A DNA stretch of 64,000 nucleotides from Mustelus asterias (taxonomy: Eukaryota): assembly GCF_964213995.1 (NCBI RefSeq), contig NW_027590479.1, positions 62,001 to 126,000 of the forward strand, written 5' to 3'. Both the position numbers and the translations under genes were made by a program. Positions 60,761-64,000 of the stretch are shown one piece after another. Positions within the stretch are counted from its first letter, which is position 1; the number at the start of each line of letters is the position of its first letter. The notes under the pieces were generated by a model that was not told the origin of the DNA, searched no databases, and was given only the letters and a program-made list of their open reading frames with translations.

Positions 60761-61684
60761 GTTTGCATTGTTTAAACACGGGAGCATTGAGCGGTTATAC
60801 GCTTTGATGCTGAATACAAATAATATTCGCGCTTGCAACTGCTTGACACATGATTGTAGGCAGAAGAAAATACTTTAAGTACATTTTAAAATTTTTTTAG
60901 GTGATAACTGCAAATTAAACTGTGCCACGGTATCCGAGCAGAGATTGTTAGAGCAATCATTGCAAAGCATTTCTGCATTGTTTAATTTCGGTGACATCTG
61001 ATGTCTGCAGTTTTTACCATCTACTGAAAATATTAAGTGTTTAAATATGTTTGAACTATATTTGAAAAACGACCCAAAATGAACAGCACGTGGTAAATCT
61101 TCAATGTTACTCCGTTGGACATATTCGACCTTCTCACAATGCTGTTGCTGTTACTCCAGATTTATGTTTAGTTTGATAATTCATCGATCTGAAGATGAAT
61201 CGTTTTGCTTAGTTTGACATGTGGATGTTGTTGAAATATTACTTATTCTGTTGAATGTAAGAACTGAGCTGCTTCTCCATGAACCGAGTTTCAGTCCCTC
61301 AGTGATGTGATTTGTTGATTTTTCGCCTGAGGAGGTGATGTGTCCGGGTGACTTTGAATGTGTCCAATTTGTGAAATGGTTTGGCGTTTCTGAATTGCGC
61401 CCGCCGCGTTGTTCAAACTCACTGACACTGAGCGGTTCCAATTTTCTACCTGAATGCAGTCTGAGTATTTGAATCTACTTGAAGTACAATTATAGGCAAA
61501 TACAGGCTGGTTTCCGAAATGAAGAATAGAATTCAAGATGTGACAGAGCAATTTTTTGTCCTATTAACTTATAACAGATTAACCTAAATCGCCACAGTGA
61601 AGGGATTGTTCATATGAATGTATTTGTTTTGCAGGGAAGTTCCGACTCCATACCATTAGAGATTGAAAAGTAAAAGCTTGAAGT

Positions 61685-62145
61685 TATGGACTTTGGGACA
61701 AGGTCTCACATGGCAGGCTAGTCTGGAAAGTTAGGACCCATGGGATCCAGGGCGAGCTAGCTAATTGAATTCAAAATTGGCTCCATAGTAGGAAGCAGAG
61801 GGTGATGGTTGATGGTTGTTTCTCGGACTGGAGGCCTGTGACGAATGGTGTGCCTCAGGGGTCGGTGTTTGGACTCTTGTTATTCGTTATTTATAGAAAT
61901 GATTCAGATGTGGATGTACAAGACATCTTTCGTAAGTTTGTGGATGATACCAAATTAGAAGATATCACTGATAGCGAAGAAGGTTATAAAAAATATAGGG
62001 GGATCTTGATCAGTCAGGGAAGTGCGCCGAGGATTGGCAAATGGATTTCAATACAGATGAGCATAAGGTGTTGCATTTTGGAAAGGCAAAGCAGGGAAGG
62101 ACTAATACATTGCAAGGTAGGGCTCTCGTGAGTGTTGAGGAGACA
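61685..62145 (+). mobile_element. Degenerate CR1 RT fragment
   Basis: GCFSDWRPVTNGVPQGSV..KFVDDTK. Confidence 0.8.
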
Positions 62146-64000
62146 TCCTAACTCACCGTCAGACTCCCTCACCCTCACTCTCACTCACCCTCACTCATGC
62201 ACTCTCACTCACGCATGCTCACTCACTCACCTTCCCTTGAGCAACTCCACACACGCAACTCTCTCATCGTCATTCACCCAACCTAACGCACCCACACTCA
62301 CACACCCTCATTAACTCAGCCTCACTCACCCATCCTCATTCACTCACCCTCACACTCACCCTCATTCAGCCACCACCACTCATCCACCCTCAATCACTCA
62401 CCTTCACTTACTCACCCTCACCCACCGTCACTCAACATCATTCGTGCACTCTCACTCATGTATACTCACTCACATCCACTTACTCACCCTCACTCGCTCA
62501 ACCTTACTCATATCACTCACTCACCTTCGCGTAACCACCCTCACTCACTCACTCATGCACCCTCACACACGGACCCTCACTCTCCCACTCTCGCTCACCC
62601 ACCCTCACTCAGTCACTCAAACACCCTCATTCACTCACCCTCACACACTGTAACTGACCCACTCTCACTCGCACCGTAGCTCACCCACCCTCATCCACCC
62701 TCACACATTCACCCTCATTTAATCCCTTCACTCAGCCACCATCACTCATCCATCCTCACTCATTCACATTCACTCACTAACCTTCACATGTTCAGCTTTA
62801 CTCACACATGCTCACTTGCTCACACTCACTCGCCCACCCACACTCACACATTCGTTCACTCACCTGCCCTCGCTCACTCACCCATTCTCAGGTCACCGTC
62901 AGACTCCCTCACCCTCACTCATGCACCCTCACTCACGCATGCTCATTCACTCACCTTCACTTGCTCAACTTCGTGCACTCAACTTTACTCTCTCATCTTC
63001 ATTCACCCAACCTAACGCTCCCACAATCACACACCCTCACACACTCAGCCTCACTCACCCATCCTCACTCACTCATAGAAATCATAGAAATTATAGAAAC
63101 CCTACAGTACAGAAAGAGCCCATTCGGTCCATCGAGTCTGCACCGACCACAATCCCACCCAGGCCCTACCCCCATATCCCAACATATTTACCCACTAATC
63201 CCTCTAACCTACACATCTCAGGACAGTAAGGGCAATTTTTAGCATGGCCAATCAATCTAACCCGCACATCTTTGGACTGTGGGAGGAAAACAGAGCACCC
63301 GGAGGAAACCCACGCAGACACGAGGAGAATGTACAAATTCCACACAGGCAGTGATCCAAGCCGGGAATCGAACCCAGGTCCCTGGAGCTGTGAAGCAGCG
63401 GCGCTAACCACCGTGCTACCGTGCCGCCCCTCCACGCTCATCCTCACTCATTCATCCTCACTCACTCACCGTCGCCCATCCTCTCTCATCCGCCCTCAAT
63501 CAATCATCCTCACTCACACCTTAACTCACCCCACCTCATTCACCCATCCTCACTGGCTCAAACTTTCACACATGCACCTTCACTCTCTCACCCTCTTGCG
63601 CCTCTTCACTAACTCACCCCTTTCAATTACTCACCCTCACTCACCCTTTCTCACTCTCTCACCCACTCTCACTTGCTTTCAATGAATCCATCCCCAACCG
63701 CACTCATACTTACTGACACAATATCATTCACTCACCCTCAGCCACTCACCCTCAGTCATCCACCATTATTCAATCCACATTAATCATACTCCCTAATTTA
63801 CACACAGTCCCTCAGTCATCACCAACACCCTCACACTCTCACCATTATTTCCCCGCCTTCAATCCCGCATCCTTGCTTGTTCAGCATCATCCTTCCACCC
63901 TCAGTGACTCACCATCACCCACCCACATTCACTCAGCTACAATCACTCACTCACCATCAGTCATTCACTCACTGATATTCACTCACTTACTCATTCACTC
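62145..64000. repeat. (TCAC/CACCCT)n low-complexity satellite-like tract
   Basis: Degenerate TCAC repeats running to the window end; ~62150-62345 is repeated at ~62893-63073. Confidence 0.9.
63073..63430 (-). mobile_element. Full-length HE1/V-SINE
   Basis: GGGCGGCACGGTAGCACGGTGGTTAGC head, B box, core and (TTTCTATGA/TAA)n tail. Confidence 0.92.

Noticed and set aside
61621-61670. Splice acceptor as a possible Cmu1 start
   Set aside because: Frames close quickly and show no constant-domain motifs
62132-63685. His/Thr/Leu-rich ORFs
   Set aside because: Translation of the TCAC satellite and a SINE

Overview
Repeat-rich vertebrate genomic DNA, most likely from a cartilaginous fish (shark/ray). 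The basis is abundant CR1-type LINEs with (TTCTATG/TTCTTATG)n tails, tRNA-headed V-SINE/HE1-like SINEs, a shark-type IgH V-D-J minicluster and GPR139-like receptors. Two intact, two-exon GPR139-like class A GPCR genes lie head-to-head about 33 kb apart (2459-9610 minus; 42892-45929 plus). Between and beyond them lie a mostly decayed tRNA gene cluster (Val, Arg, Gln, Glu, Asn, Ile) built by tandem and inverted duplications, three clear TCR alpha/delta-type V pseudogenes with 23-bp RSS, and a NAR-TCR/IgNAR-like V 3' fragment. Several fainter V-like relics are also present. At 58.4-59.4 kb there is an IgH V segment that appears pre-joined to D in the germline: it carries a 12-bp RSS, is followed by an unrearranged JH with a 23-bp RSS, and has its first canonical cysteine replaced by serine. 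No constant-region exon is recognisable in the window. Family assignments come from motif recognition only; no database search was run.
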